From: Lepidodermella squamata
Lineage: Eukaryota > Animalia > Gastrotricha
DNA: 64,000 nt
Direction of reading: 5' to 3'
NCBI GenBank assembly: GCA_047495785.1
Contig: JBLDXI010000024.1
Span: 620,001 to 684,000 of the forward strand
This document shows positions 10,777 through 24,127 of the stretch, piece by piece. Both the position numbers and the translations under genes were made by a program. Numbering within the stretch: position 1 is the stretch's first letter; every line of letters begins with the position of its first letter. The notes beneath the pieces were generated by a model. The model ran no database searches. It worked only from the letters and a program-made list of their open reading frames with translations, and was not told the DNA's origin.

Positions 10777-13574
10777 CTAGGATGCCGCGTCACAAGAAGT
10801 GTCGTTTTCCTCGGTCTTTGCCGGGCACATATTTAGTTGCGACCTATTAAGGCGGAGGTGAGCAGGCATGAGCTGATTCGTGGCCAACGCGGCGAGAAGC
10901 GAAAGCTCCCCGGCAAGAACCGCCGCCGCCGCGATTTTGGCCAACTGGCGAGCATTATCACCCGGCGCGGCACCATCGTCCGTCGCCGCGCCGCCGCCAA
11001 CGCCTAAAATATCAAGACATGACCGCTGTGGGCCGAGAATTGTGCCGCCGCCGACGGTGCCGACCTCCAGCGTCGGCAATGTGCATGTGATATGCAAGTC
11101 GCCACCGTGCGGTTCTTCACTCGTCGATGTGACCGGCGTGTCTCCAGTCACCTCAAGAATCGTTAAGCAAGCTGAAGATTCAACGACTTGAGCCACGTCC
11201 TGCCCAGTTGCGATGTACAAAGCAGCTAGAATATTCGCGGCATGGGCGTTGAACCCGCCGGCAACTGCTCCCGCAACCGCCGAGCCAATCAAATTTTTCG
11301 CCGTGTGAAGGCGGACCAGAGCTTCAGGCGTCGTCCGCAGCTGGTTGCAAATGATGTCACGAGGGATCGTCGCCTCGCTGATTACTGACTTGCCGCGGCC
11401 GAACAGCCAGTTCACCGCCGCGGATTTCTTATCAGCACACGCGTTTCCACTTAAACTTAGAACGCGACATTCGGGGAAATGGCTGACGATATGAGTTAGG
11501 GCGGATTCGCACGCACGAGATACCATGTTCATGCCCATAGCATCGCCGGTTTGAGCGACGAAACGAATGAAGAGGTAAGCGCCGGCTTGAAACGGTTCGA
11601 TCGACGACAATCGGCAGAATCGACTCGTTCCGTTGAAAATTTCGGAAATCTTCTCGAAATTGGCCGGATCTCGCAGCCACGATCGGAGAGCGGCAGCTGA
11701 TGTCACATCGGGCATTCGGACCACCGGAGCTCGGGTCATGCCGTCGTTAAGGAGGACAGTTCGAACACCTCCAGCGGTTGTGAGCACCTTGCAGCCGCGA
11801 TTTACACTAGCTACCAGACAACCTTCGGTGGTCGCCATCGGGACCATGTACTCGACGTTGTCTACTAGCAGCGGCCCGGCCAAGCCGACGGGCAACGGAA
11901 CGGTTCCAATGACGTTCTCGCAACATGCCCCGACGACATTCGCGAACTCGCCGTAATTCGCAAACGGAACTTTATGCAAGGCAGATGCAATTTCGGGATG
12001 TCGTTTCGCCAAAATACCGCGTCGAATAGCTAAAAAATAACCACAAAAATTTGAACAGGTCACAATTTAGCGTGATTTTTCAATTTACCGACTGCTCTGC
12101 TAGCACCAACTTCTTTCCCCATTACATCGGTCATCAGTTTTGCCTCGAGAGAATACAGCGGAAGCCCATTTGTAATAAAATACTCGATAATCTCTTCGTT
12201 CGTTTTCGCGATTAGTGAATTATCGCTGACTAGTCGCTTTCTCGCCGGGCGGAACTGTAAGGTGGACGGTGGGCACGCTTTCATTTCCTTACGATGGCGA
12301 AGGCCATCCTCTTCGGCAGTTGCAAGCGGAGTGGATGTGGTCACAGGAGGGGCAGGCATGAAAACCGGTTCATCTTCCTCTTCCTCGATTTGCCTAGCAT
12401 TACCATCATTTTCGTTAAATTCGGAGAAAAGCAAGAAACGCAAGCAAATCACAACAGCAAGTACGAGGGTTAATCCCCAATCAGCAGCAGAAACTCTGAA
12501 AATATATAAAAATTTAATTTCCCATCAAACAAGCAAGAAAATGAAAACTAACTCATCAAAATCACTCCAATCGTCGATTTTCTTGGTTAATACATTTCGT
12601 TGAGCTGCATCTCGGTCGATAGACATGTTGTCACCGCGTTGATAGGACGGTGTTGAACTGACAACTGATGACGTTATAGACGAATTCGACGGCTTCAGCT
12701 TCGAATGCGCATGAACGAGAAGAATGGCTGCCGACATGATGAATTTAACTCGCCGAGCCAGTGGGTTAGTGTCAGTATAGCTTTCAGAGGCACCTTGCTT
12801 TTTTGATATTTGCTTGTTGATGGTGAAGGCAGATTTTTCAGGTGAAGCTGAGTCATTATTCGACGGACGGTCGAATTTCGAGTCGAGAGACATAGCGACC
12901 GAGAGAATAGATGGCACAACGAGGTAAAAGCTGAGGAATGACGAAGTAAGGCCAAGAGCGGCGTAGGTGCACGCTCGGAGAACAGCGGGGAGGCGGAATA
13001 GCACGCCGAGGGAGATGATCAGCAGCTGCATCAGGAGATCGATGAAATTCTCGGTGAGAACGGCGATGAATGAGCGGGACAGCGCCTTTCGATCTCGCTG
13101 CAGTGACAAGTTGACGAAACGCAGCGGTTTCGCGAAATCGGACACGAGGACGAGAAAACAGATAGATTCGGCGAAAACCGTTACCAAATCATCATCGGCT
13201 GATATTTGCAGCAACGCAACCAGCCCGGTGATGAAAGCTAGAAACGATGCGAAAAAATGAACGAGACAAACTGTTTTCGCGATGGTCGCCTGCCGCCGCA
13301 ACATCGTCAACTGATTCGCGAAGTAACACGCCGCTAGGACGTGAAGCGCTGTGAGTACTGCGTAACTGCATGTAGGTTTCAGCGGGATTTCGTTTGACGT
13401 CACATTGCCGAGTAGAGATGCTGTTTGGGTTTGATTAGATGAGAGACTCAAGTTTCGAGCATTTCGAACACCGCGCAGGAGAACATTGAAAGTAACTGCA
13501 GCGATCACAACAAGGCAATGAACAGGTCTTGAGAAACCGATGCATCCGAGTTTAGTCACTAAATTATCAAACAT
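10777..13574 (-). CDS. HMGCR: 3-hydroxy-3-methylglutaryl-CoA reductase (class I, membrane-anchored)
   Basis: Multi-TM N-terminus; CCENVIG, PMATTEGCLVAS, GDAMGMNMVS, DKK, and HLRLNRS. Introns 12552-12496 and 12088-12030. Confidence 0.96.
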
Positions 13575-14036
13575 TGATAATCCTAAGAATAGAAAAATAA
13601 GAACATCATTATTAAAAAAGAATTTATTAAAAAACCTAAAAACCGAAAAGGTAAATCAGTTGAAGAAGACATTGCGAGCGCGAGAGAATAATAACACACA
13701 GACGCTATGTATGTATAGTTTTAACAAATCAACTTCGATCACGAAAACTAGATGGAAACATACATATTTTTATATAATTGATATATATTCGAGCTATAGC
13801 TTCTGTTGCCGGTGAGCCAAAAAAACGCCCCGGCAAAATTAATACCATTTTAAATTTTACATAGATTTATAGCGCTTATAGCGAACAAGTAACTTGATAA
13901 TAGGCAATTTTTAGAGATCAACCCTCTCAGGCAAGGTTTTCAAAAAAATCGGATCTAATTTATACCTAGCTTATTCAATTTTTTGTTGCAAAATAGTCTC
14001 TTGCCTAACTCTGATCTCTACTTTAAGACGGCTACT

Positions 14037-15191
14037 CTAAAACGATAGCGGACCGCCTGAAGATTGCGACTGATTTTGTTGAGAGCTGCCATTGGAACCG
14101 CCAACTGCAACGCCTAGAATGCTGCTGAGCCCGCTACCGGCTGCATTGCCGCTCTGATTGGAAGACCCGTTCGATTGCGAATCGCCACCTTGCTGGCCAG
14201 CCTGCGCGGCCTGGGCCGAAGCAGCCTGGATTAGGGCGGGGTTTTGAGCAACATTGTCGACATTTTTCACGAGTTGCGGCAGCCACTTGCGCGTCGACTG
14301 GTCTTCGGCGATCAGCTGGTCGAAGGTGCCGTCGCGCAGCTCGGTCGGCAACGGGTGCAGGACGGCCATGGCTGCGCACGCCTTCGGGTGCTCGCTGAGC
14401 CGGTGGTAGCACCTGATTATGTGCTTCAGCAGCCGCGCCGTCGGTGACGCTTTCACCATTTTATTGAGGGCGTTGTAGACCTGCTGGAAGCGCTCGTACG
14501 TCTGGCAGATGTACTGAAGGCCGTGGTCGTCGATCAAGATTTTCTGAAGGATAAAAGTCGCCACGGTTTTCGCCAGCTCCGAGCCGATTTCCATAATCCT
14601 CAAACAGTGCGGAATCACTTCGGTCACAATAAGAAAAACTACCACATCAGGCTCTTCCGCCTTAACGAGAGCACCGATAACACCTAGACTAGAAAGACGC
14701 AGAAACTCCAGCTGCTTAACATTAGCAGACGTTTGCAAAAACGGGTAGACATAGACGGGGATTTGAGCTTTCAAAAAATCAGTACGAGTGTCTTTGTGGG
14801 AGGCCATGCATTGCATCAAGGCGAGGGCGTTGCAAACACGCATCGATTGCTCGACAGACAGCGTTGGCGGGTTCAGGAAGGTGTAAATGTTGATGATCTC
14901 CTGCAGCAGGGCAGTCACCGTGCCAAAGCTATGCCACAACATTGGCGCCAAATCGACGATGTTGTCTCGATTCTTGGCCAATTCTTGCAGGGCGAAGTCA
15001 CGGCGCGACGGATTGATGATGTCGAGGATGTATTGGTACAAGGCGTCGCGGTCGATCGGAGGCGGGCGGGCACCGCTAGCTGGAAGCGGCATAGGCACCC
15101 CGCCCGCCCCGCCAACACCTAAACCAAGCATATTAGCGCTGCCCGGTTGGCCGCCGACTTGACCCGATGGCATTGCAGGATCATACATCAT
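14037..15191 (-). CDS. CNOT9: CCR4-NOT subunit 9 (Rcd1/Caf40)
   Basis: [64 protein letters not shown] at 15191 follows a 5'UTR intron (15271-15194). Confidence 0.95.
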   Translation of the reverse strand: MMYDPAMPSGQVGGQPGSANMLGLGVGGAGGVPMPLPASGARPPPIDRDALYQYILDIINPSRRDFALQELAKNRDNIVDLAPMLWHSFGTVTALLQEIINIYTFLNPPTLSVEQSMRVCNALALMQCMASHKDTRTDFLKAQIPVYVYPFLQTSANVKQLEFLRLSSLGVIGALVKAEEPDVVVFLIVTEVIPHCLRIMEIGSELAKTVATFILQKILIDDHGLQYICQTYERFQQVYNALNKMVKASPTARLLKHIIRCYHRLSEHPKACAAMAVLHPLPTELRDGTFDQLIAEDQSTRKWLPQLVKNVDNVAQNPALIQAASAQAAQAGQQGGDSQSNGSSNQSGNAAGSGLSSILGVAVGGSNGSSQQNQSQSSGGPLSF

Positions 15192-16038
15192 TGCTGCAAA
15201 AAACACAAAATTAAACAATTGTCTGATTAGAAAACGCTCCGACTGCAATAACAAAATCATCGATGACTCACGTTTATGAGCCTATCGATTTCAGACGTTC
15301 ATCTCTTGTGCCATAGGGGCACTCGCTTAGAGAAATGCATTCATCGTAAAAAGAATAAATGTGAAGATAGAAGAGCATTTTCAATTTTAGTAAATGATTG
15401 TATTTTAAAATGAAATCTTAAAAATTACGCCGCCTTATATTGAGCTGTTGCTTTGCTTAGGTCAAATTCTTTCACGTGAAACTTTTTGTCCAACGCATGA
15501 ATTAGGGTCCAATTGAAATCTAGAAGCGTGTTTTCAATTTTAGTGGCACGCGACTAGAATTCAAATTTTCGAGCTCAAATGAACTAAAAGAATACTATGT
15601 TGTTCCGATGAACAAGGAACTAGGGTAACAGGTCAGTTTCACGATTGGCTATTATCATGTGAACATGGCCTATGGCAGCTCGTTCCAAAAATAGATTATT
15701 TCCTCAAGTTTATTTTAGTAAAAATGTAAAAGCTTACCAAAATTGAGTAAATTTGTCGAGATGAAAAAATAAGATGGCAGTAAATGAAAATCTAGAATAA
15801 AAAATAAGGATAATTAACAATCATTTCAACATTGCTTTTCGATTGAGCGCAATTAAAACTTTTCATAGCTTCGCTTCGACACAAAATGGAAATCAGGTGC
15901 TATTCAAAAGTGCAGGTAATACCATAGAAACGACAAAAATAATTTTCAACATGTCATTGATAGCGTTTGCAAGCTTGCAAAATAATCAGCTCCACTTTGA
16001 TTGAGGTCCGGTTGGAAACAAGCAGTCGGAAGGACGGA

Positions 16039-16917
16039 CTAGCAGCGACGTCTTCGCAGAAAAATGCGCCGCGATGCTAAATAACCGGCGATGATTGGTA
16101 ACAGAAATAAAATTATTGTACGTGCGATAGGTGGAATTTTGAAATATCGAAAGATTGAAATATCGGTGGATTGCGAACGTCTCCGAGGTGTGGGCTCGCC
16201 ACGTGAAACCAAATCAGTTACTAATCGCTCGATTGCATTCAATTTTGCAGATAAAGCCGTCACTTCGGCTTGAAGTCGCTCGATCGCCGCTAAAATCATC
16301 GGTATTTGATTGCCTCGAACAGGAGATACAGCTCGACCGGGTTGGATATCAAGTGAGTCGACAAACATTTCGCTTCCACTTTCCTCAACTTCATCGCTCA
16401 AGTTTGATTGTACGGATGGGAAACGTTCATGCGAACTAGTCATACTGTGATTCACAACAGATACCGGTCTCAATTGTTGGCCAGATGGGCTTGAGTCAAA
16501 AACAGGTGAAGGGGTTCGCGATGGAGTTCTGGGCGGGGTAGAACGGTTCTCGGCTCGGGTTAGGGCATCAGGTTTATCCAAATCGACCAATTCGTAGAAA
16601 CGGCCGAGGGAACGGGTGAAATTGCCAACTTCCTCTGTTTGCGGCATTACCTCGACAATTTTCTTCAATTCATCGACGTAATTTTCCATTGCTTCGTGCT
16701 GGGACATCGCGCCAAGTGAGTGCCAGGCATCGTACTTGGCGCGGCCAACCACGTCCCAAAAAGCAGGCCTTGCTCCAGTGCATGGGCCATTAATCGCTTG
16801 CTTGTACAGTGAGTAAAAGCGGAGTAGCATGTCATTCGAGGGCTGAAAGCTGCCTTTCTTCGGCAAAGATTGAATGACATCGACAGCACACTTGAATCTC
16901 CGTTCCGCATCGGCCAT
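16039..16917 (-). CDS. ACBD5: Acyl-CoA-binding domain protein 5-like (tail-anchored)
   Basis: ACB domain (LRFYSLYKQAINGPC...AKYDAW), FFAT-like EESGSEMFVDSLD, coiled coil, C-terminal TM plus basic tail. Confidence 0.88.
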   Translation of the reverse strand: MADAERRFKCAVDVIQSLPKKGSFQPSNDMLLRFYSLYKQAINGPCTGARPAFWDVVGRAKYDAWHSLGAMSQHEAMENYVDELKKIVEVMPQTEEVGNFTRSLGRFYELVDLDKPDALTRAENRSTPPRTPSRTPSPVFDSSPSGQQLRPVSVVNHSMTSSHERFPSVQSNLSDEVEESGSEMFVDSLDIQPGRAVSPVRGNQIPMILAAIERLQAEVTALSAKLNAIERLVTDLVSRGEPTPRRRSQSTDISIFRYFKIPPIARTIILFLLPIIAGYLASRRIFLRRRRC

Positions 16918-17058
16918 TTTTTGCGAATTTCAAATTAACATCACTAGAAAAAAATGAAAATTAAAAAAAACGCATTTTTAATGGCTATGTTCAATCACAT
17001 GACAGCAAAACAACAAAATGAGCAAAAAAATCATTGCAAGTGGGCAGCATCATATTAA

Positions 17059-18927
17059 TCAACGACGCCACGATCGAGAACGGGAACGCGATTTATTGGA
17101 TGAAGAAGACGACGACGACGATCGGGACGATGACGACGACGGTGATCGGCTTCGTCTCGGACGCTGAATTGCAGAGGTAACATCAGCGGGCCGAGGGGCA
17201 TCGCGCGACTTTGAACGAGATCGATTGCGCCGGTCATTTCGAGCGGCCGGCGATGCGGATTTGTGACCACGAGACGACTTACTCGACTCTGAGTCAGAAT
17301 AAGCAACCGGGCCTTTCTTAATACTAGATGATCCGCGGTCGTCCTTGCGGCGTCTCTCGCGCGATTTGCGCTCGCTTTCTTCGCTCGCAGACCGGCTGCT
17401 TCGGGAGCTCGATCGTTTCCGCTGACGGTCCCGCCTGTCTCGGTGCCTATCTCGGCCTTCGAGTTCCTCCAACTGCCTCTTCAGGTGCATTTGCTCCTCA
17501 CGACGGCGCTGTTCGGCGGCGATACGCGAGCGTTCGTTTTCAATCATTTCACGCTCCTGCCTGCCTTTCATCCGTCGCTGATACACCTCAAGGGGAATGC
17601 TTCTGCTAGCAGCCTGTCGCCAATGTTCCGGCTCTTCTTCATCGTCACGCCTGCCTCGGCGATGCGACCGATCGTCAGACCGCATCCGGCCGTGATCCCT
17701 AGATCGGCGTCTATCGTCCTCTTCATCTTCCTCCGGGGAAGAACTTCGACCCGGGTTGTAACGGAATGATCCGCGGCCCTTAATAACTCGAGCATTCGGC
17801 GCGATGTTCTTACGAACAGCAGGCAACGGAGCAGGTCCGGACAACGTCTGGGTCGAAACGGCGGTTTCTACACTACGATCGGAATATCTCGCCAAAAACT
17901 TGTTAGAAGGCACGGGCGGAATTTCGTCGGGTCGAACTGAGCAAACGAAATCGTCGGGTTCGCTCTCTTTTTCAGAAGATGCTTTCTTCTTTTTCTTGTC
18001 TTTTTTGGACTTCTTTTTTTGTTTCTTCTCTTTCTTCCGCTTTTTCTTCTCCTCTTGATCGCTTTCAGATTCGCTACCAGAGGATCCCGATGAAGAACTC
18101 TTCGCTGACTTGCTAGCCTCGCTTTCTTCTATAAAAATTGTCTCATGAAATAGTGAATAAACGAATTGGAATTACATACGTTTTTTCCTCTTCGAAGCCT
18201 TTGCCTTTTTCAGCAAAACAAGTTCGCCGCAATTCACAACGGTTACGTTGCGAAATGGGCGGTAGTTTTCGTCAACTTTCTCAGATTCAATTAGCTTGAC
18301 AATTCGTTTGCCATCAGCATTAACAACCCGACCGAAGACGACATGAATTCTAAAATATACCCATGTCAAAAGGCTTGGCTTTTTAATTATGTCAAGCTTA
18401 CCCATCAAGGTGAGGAGCAGGCTTTGTAAGGCTGTCACAGAAAAAGCAATCAATAAAAGAATTATTAAATTAAGCAAGTGAGAAACCTACATGAAAAATT
18501 GAGAACCGTTAGAATTAGGTCCCTTATTAGCCATCGATAGTAGGAATTCGCGATCATGCTTGAGCGTGAAATTCTCGTCGGGGAAGATGTGACCGTAAAT
18601 TGACTCACCGCCTGTTCCATTTCCGTTGATAAAATCACCTCCTTGAATCATAAAATTTTTCACGATTCTGTGAAACGGAGAGGCCTTGAAGTGAAGAGGG
18701 TGCTGCGATGTGCTTTTCTCCCCTATGTTAAACGCGTTAAAAAAATGAAGAATTAACAAAACTTGAATCATACCTGTGCATAAAACTCGGAAATTTTCAC
18801 AAGTTTTGGGAACAACGTTTGTGAACAGCTCACAAACAATTCTGCCGACCATTTCACCATCGATTGCGATATCCAAGAAGCATCGCGGTAAAATGGCTGC
18901 TTCCTCTGCGTTTGATCGTTCTGCCAT
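17059..18927 (-). CDS. PPIG: Peptidyl-prolyl isomerase G (RS-domain cyclophilin)
   Basis: Cyclophilin domain ([41 protein letters not shown]), Lys-rich linker, [24 protein letters not shown]-rich tail; 4 short introns. Confidence 0.92.
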
Positions 18928-18989
18928 GTTTAAAACACTAAACGACAAAGAAAAAATTAAATGAAGATACGAATCAAATAAAATATATT

Positions 18990-20462
18990 TTAGAAGTATT
19001 GCTTCACTATTATGGGATCTGGTTGGTACGAAGAAGTGAATATGCTAGCGTATTTGTCAATAATATAAAAGATGTTATGCCGCGGAATTTCGGGCTCTCT
19101 AAACACAATTTCATCAATAGAGTGATTGCCATCAAAGTAAGGCAACAGGCGGAGAACTATTTCTCGCTCATCTTTCGTTGTGGACCCTGCTGCTATGGTT
19201 TCAATCCGCTTTGTAACATCATCGTAACGAGACGGGTCTTTCACCATTTGCAGCAACTCAGGGTCATTCACGTACACAAATTGGTGGTACTGGACCAAAA
19301 GCTTATGCTTGATGAGCCAAATAACCATTTGATAACATTTGACACTGTCGCCGCTTAGAAATTCGAGAAAATCCGCCAAACGAGCAATCGAACTAAAGAA
19401 AGCCAATGCAGACGACAATGTTACATTATCACCAGCAAAATCGTCTGAGAATTTGTCGGCATCTGCATGCGACATAGCACCTTGAATACCGTACAAATTG
19501 GATTGTGCGAGAGGATAAATAACGACGCATTTCTTCCACGCGTGAAAATGACGAACGATATTGAAAACATCGTCAAGAGGGATGCACATGTCACACGCGA
19601 TTTGAGCGAGAGTTTTGACTGGATGCATAGCACAATGCATAAACTTCAAAAACTGGAAACTAAGGTCAGGTAGGGAAGCGCAAATAATTTTTTCATCGGT
19701 CACAGTCATTAATACAGAAAACCAAGGCTTTAGCTCCACACTTCCACCTCGCCATAATATCCAAGAGATGTGGATCAAATCATTAAAATGATGATTAACA
19801 ACGCCATCGGACCGCGCCAGATCAAATATTTTTATCATGTTGTCACAAAATTCTTGCTGCCTCAGTTGGGACTTAGTCACAGCAGCTTGATCAGATTCAC
19901 TACCATCTTGCTCTGACTCCATTGACATCCGATTAAAGGAGCTATTCGATGAAAATCTCGCCGATAAATATCTGCATCGGATTTCTTCAGTCACGATAGC
20001 AATGCAAAGCTGACGAGCCAAATCGCAGAATGATTCGACGAAGGTAGACGGCGAATCGTATCGTAACACAAAAACAACATTGACAGTCCGAATCATCATA
20101 GGAACAGTGGATGCTGACTTAGCCAATATCATCGATCGGAAAGTATCAACCTTGAGCGGATATCCAACAAATATAACTGAATTAATTTGAAGTTTGAACG
20201 GCCTGCTGCAAAAATCATCTTGAGGTGATAATAAAGAAGCGAGAGCTTCGTTGGAACAGCCAACCAATTTGTCATCCTCAACTCGAACGAAGTTGCGGGA
20301 CTGCGCGCGAAAATCCTCAGCAATTTTCACCCCGAAAATGTTATCCATCAATTCTTTCGTGGAATTGTCATCATGGCTTGGGTGACGAAATATTACACTT
20401 CCTTGTCGCAAACTACCAGATGCAATCACAAGCATCTCGATAACAGCCCTGGCAGTTCCCAT
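18990..20462 (-). CDS. NPRL3: GATOR1 subunit NPRL3
   Basis: N-terminal longin-like [15 protein letters not shown]; [19 protein letters not shown]; EEIRCRYL; C-terminal [15 protein letters not shown]. Intronless. Confidence 0.88.
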   Translation of the reverse strand: MGTARAVIEMLVIASGSLRQGSVIFRHPSHDDNSTKELMDNIFGVKIAEDFRAQSRNFVRVEDDKLVGCSNEALASLLSPQDDFCSRPFKLQINSVIFVGYPLKVDTFRSMILAKSASTVPMMIRTVNVVFVLRYDSPSTFVESFCDLARQLCIAIVTEEIRCRYLSARFSSNSSFNRMSMESEQDGSESDQAAVTKSQLRQQEFCDNMIKIFDLARSDGVVNHHFNDLIHISWILWRGGSVELKPWFSVLMTVTDEKIICASLPDLSFQFLKFMHCAMHPVKTLAQIACDMCIPLDDVFNIVRHFHAWKKCVVIYPLAQSNLYGIQGAMSHADADKFSDDFAGDNVTLSSALAFFSSIARLADFLEFLSGDSVKCYQMVIWLIKHKLLVQYHQFVYVNDPELLQMVKDPSRYDDVTKRIETIAAGSTTKDEREIVLRLLPYFDGNHSIDEIVFREPEIPRHNIFYIIDKYASIFTSSYQPDPIIVKQYF

Positions 20463-21530
20463 AATGATTTTCAAACCCTATAAAATACAAAATTGCTATG
20501 AGATTCGAGGATAACCCTTTCCTTTGCAGTTTACTGTCTTTCTAAACTGTTTTTGTGTTATAAACACACACAAAATAATGAAAGCATGGCAAAATGGGCC
20601 AGCAGGGTTACTAAGATGATAAGTATAAAAAAACGGATATAATATTGATAGGTATGAGGAAACAGCTCAAGAGTCTATGCGGTACACGACCAGGCTCGGA
20701 TCGTGAGTCAAACGGAAGAAACTTGGTGCTTGGTGCGTCCAGATCGCGCGATTTTCGCGATTTTTTTTAGCCTAAAAATAGTTCGGATGAGTTACACGTA
20801 AATTACCAGAAAACAAAACTTGATCCTAAAACATACTAAATTAATTTTTAATTTTTAAATAAGATAATTAAATTTTTTCTAAATTTTTATTTTTTAAAGA
20901 GGGAAATTCAAACTTTGCCGGAGCTAGCGGAGTCGATTATGAGCGTTGATCGGCTTCTCTTTGAGGCATTCAGTCCTTGAGAAACTGCATCGAATTTTTT
21001 ACTTCGTGTAAAAACTCGGCACTTGGGTGAAGACTAGGGTCTCAGGGCAGCATCTCAAAGACTCGCGTCTTTACCATTGCTCTTTGCTCTTTAAAATAGA
21101 TGTATGATGTAGCGCAAATTGCGAGATTTGTCAGCCGAGAGGTAAGAGCTAGGAGTTACGATTTAAGGTCCCATGTGTTATTTGTGTTTTTCCCTGAGCA
21201 GAAAATAACGTATATTGACCTTTCAAAGCTTCAGTGTATTCTGATTTGTCATATTATCTTGCTGAGGCGCCAATCGCAAATTTAAAATCTAACCCGATCA
21301 AATCGTAGATCGTAGGGCCCACCCTTCAAGATAACTTCATGCAGGATTCATTAAACCTCGTACATATTTTCTTCAAGTTTACGATTAACAATTACATATG
21401 AAACTTTACTTTATACAATCTTAACAGCTAACTCACATTTATGAGATCAATTCATTATGAGAAGGTCAATTAAACTCAGTTCAATTCTATCGTGAATTGA
21501 CCATCTTTTGCTGAATAGGTTAATTAATTA

Positions 21531-24127
21531 ATGGAAAGAGTTGTTACGTTCGCTAACGAAACAGCTGAAGGATGGTCTCCCTTGAGCACTGGGGTGCTTG
21601 GAACTTCGTCTGCGACTAAAGATTCGACAGGACTTTCCCCAATCAATTCATCCAACAATGTGTCAAACACAGATGAATGCGCCAGATCAACAACCCCCAC
21701 CCGAATGAACCCCTTCTCCTCGACGCCTTTCGGGCTTTCGGCGTCAACGTCTAGTCCCAATTTATTGATCGACAAAATTGCACAGTCTAGCCTTGGCAAA
21801 TACAGAGATTCTCCGAAAACTAAATGGCATGCAGTAAGTAATTAATTACGCCAATCACATCAGAAAATCAACCTCTCGTTTTCAGAGCACGTCTCGTCTG
21901 CAAGATCATGTGAAGACTCTGCAAACTCAGCTTTCTGGTTCCGAGCAACGGCAAGAAGCTTTGGAACGCGAAAACAGTGAATTGAGACAGCAAGTGAAAA
22001 TGCTTCACGACCAACTTATTCGTCAGGAAAGCAGTTTTAACATGCGCATTGAAGAAGCGGTAAGGATTGAAGACGAAAACGCTTCTCTGAATAAGGTGGT
22101 AAACGAGCTACGTGACAGGCTGTCTGTCGTAATGGTTGGTTTGTGCTCAATGCGAAAAAGCTGTTATAGACTAAATTTTTTTAGAAAAAAATGAGCGAAG
22201 CTGAGCTTGACGCTGGACGCATTAATGTAGAATTGGACGAAAAGCAAGAAGAAATTAGAACTCTTGAGTACAAGCTGAAGACAGCTCAAGCAGAATTGAC
22301 CGAAATTAGGACGAATTTCAAACAATTTTCTGCCGATAACGAGCAGCTTTCTGTGGAAAACGATGTTCTTAAACAGAAGCTAAAGGAAGTCGAGAGCGAA
22401 TTCAGCCAAGTAAGGAAGAGCTTGAAAGATAAAGTCGACCTGTTAGAGGCGGTGCAAAAGCAGCGAGACATCCTTGAAGACAAGTTGAAGCAAACTGAGC
22501 GCAAAATGATGGAGATGGAAGAGACGTCTGGATTCGGCGATGGGCCTCAATCGAGCCTGGGAGCTGCAGCCTCTAGCCAAATGCAACTCCACATCATGAG
22601 CCAACTGAATTCCCTTGTTTCAGGACAGATCGGTTCACTTGTTGGCGATCAACTAAAATCACACATGGAAACAATGGCGAAAGAGGTTAGTTAATAATTG
22701 TAAAACGCTCTGAATATATTTTAAATCGCTCTGTGATTTTGATTTCAAGCTCAAGGAACTGAAGGAGGCAATGGGCACTCAATCGCAAGCCAGCGGATCT
22801 CAGTTCATTCCGAGCGCCCCGCCGTCGATTGTTGGAAACGATTTCGACGATGTCGGATCTATTAAGGCGGACTCAGTAAGTAATAACGGAGTCAACTCGT
22901 CCATGGACCAGCACTTTTCAGCTGTTTCTCTCAATCCTGCTGACGCTACTATGACCAGTAATGTTGGCAGTGCCGGAATGGGAAATATTGGCACAATTGT
23001 CAATAATCCGAATACATCGACGTGGAAAAAACCAAGTGCACCGGCAGTGCATAATAGGACTAACACGTCTGTAAATCACGACAAGATTTTCGACTGGCTG
23101 CCCAACGACCCGGATGCAGAGGAGCTTTTCGAAGAGGAAGCTCGTTGGCGTGATCGCGAATTTGTCAAGAGAACAGCAATGGGTGCCGCAAATCGCAAGC
23201 GTTTAATTCAGCAAGAAGAGTCACGGAAGAGTTTTCCTCATCCTACCCCTTCAAATGAAGAGCATCATGAAACTGCCAGCGAACGGCTCACGGAATTGGC
23301 TGAGCGGAACAGGAGACAGCCAATGCATATGCGATCCGCATATCCTATCGAAGAATCGGCTTTTCTCATTCCGGAGAATGACCTTCGAACTGGAAAAGCC
23401 ATGTCGATTGACGGCCTGGCTTCCTCTACTCCTCTTCACCCTGATCAGCATCATTCGTCTCAGCTGCATCGACCTGGTCAAAATCTCCGAGTTCCAAGGG
23501 TACCAGTTACCAATCGTCCGGTGTCGCTGTATGCGCCCGCGACTCAGCCTGCTCAAAAGCCGCCGCAAACCCAACCAACCCCAACTCACACAGCACCTTC
23601 AGCGATCCCAAAACCCACCCAAATTATTATTTCGCCACCGAATCGATCTCGAATTCCAACTCCTAGAGCTGACTCGGCGGCGAGCAGATCTAACAGCGCA
23701 GCATCAAACGCCGCGGAGAACAAGGAGAATTCAACGGCGAAGGCTTCATCCACCTTAATGGTGATATCTCCTCCGGCGCGAAACCGAGGGCAGCCAGCAC
23801 ATCCGAAACAGGCTGACCCCGAGACTAGCAAGGAAAAAGCGCCGAAAAACAATGGGTCAGTTTTTATCATCTCACCGCCTCAGAAGCAGCCCGCCGCCAA
23901 CAAGCCTCAGCAAGAACCTGCTGCGAGGGCTCCTAGTGTCAATTCGAATAAACCTACTACCAAGTCAACAAGCACTCCTAAAAAGTTCGTTTTCATTAAA
24001 ATCCGATTAAGTAATGATTTTTTAAATTGTATAACATTTTAGGTTTTTGGGAGCTGTCGCTCGTGCATTCGGTTCTTCAACGTCAAAAAATACAACGACC
24101 CAAAGCGACCAAAAATCAGATGCCTGA
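21531..24127 (+). CDS. Coiled-coil protein, NuMA/Mud/LIN-5-like
   Basis: Long coiled coil, then ERLTELAERNRRQPMHMRSAYPIE (cf. NuMA RIAELQQRNRVCPPHLKTCYPLE, from memory), repeated ISPP sites, and TPKKFLG. Last exon 24043-24127. Confidence 0.65.

Noticed and set aside
10880-17800. Many 80-130 aa antisense or alternate-frame ORFs over HMGCR, CNOT9 and PPIG (also over QARS, TONSL, FERD3L)
   Set aside because: Shadows of GC-rich coding sequence; no motifs or splice support.
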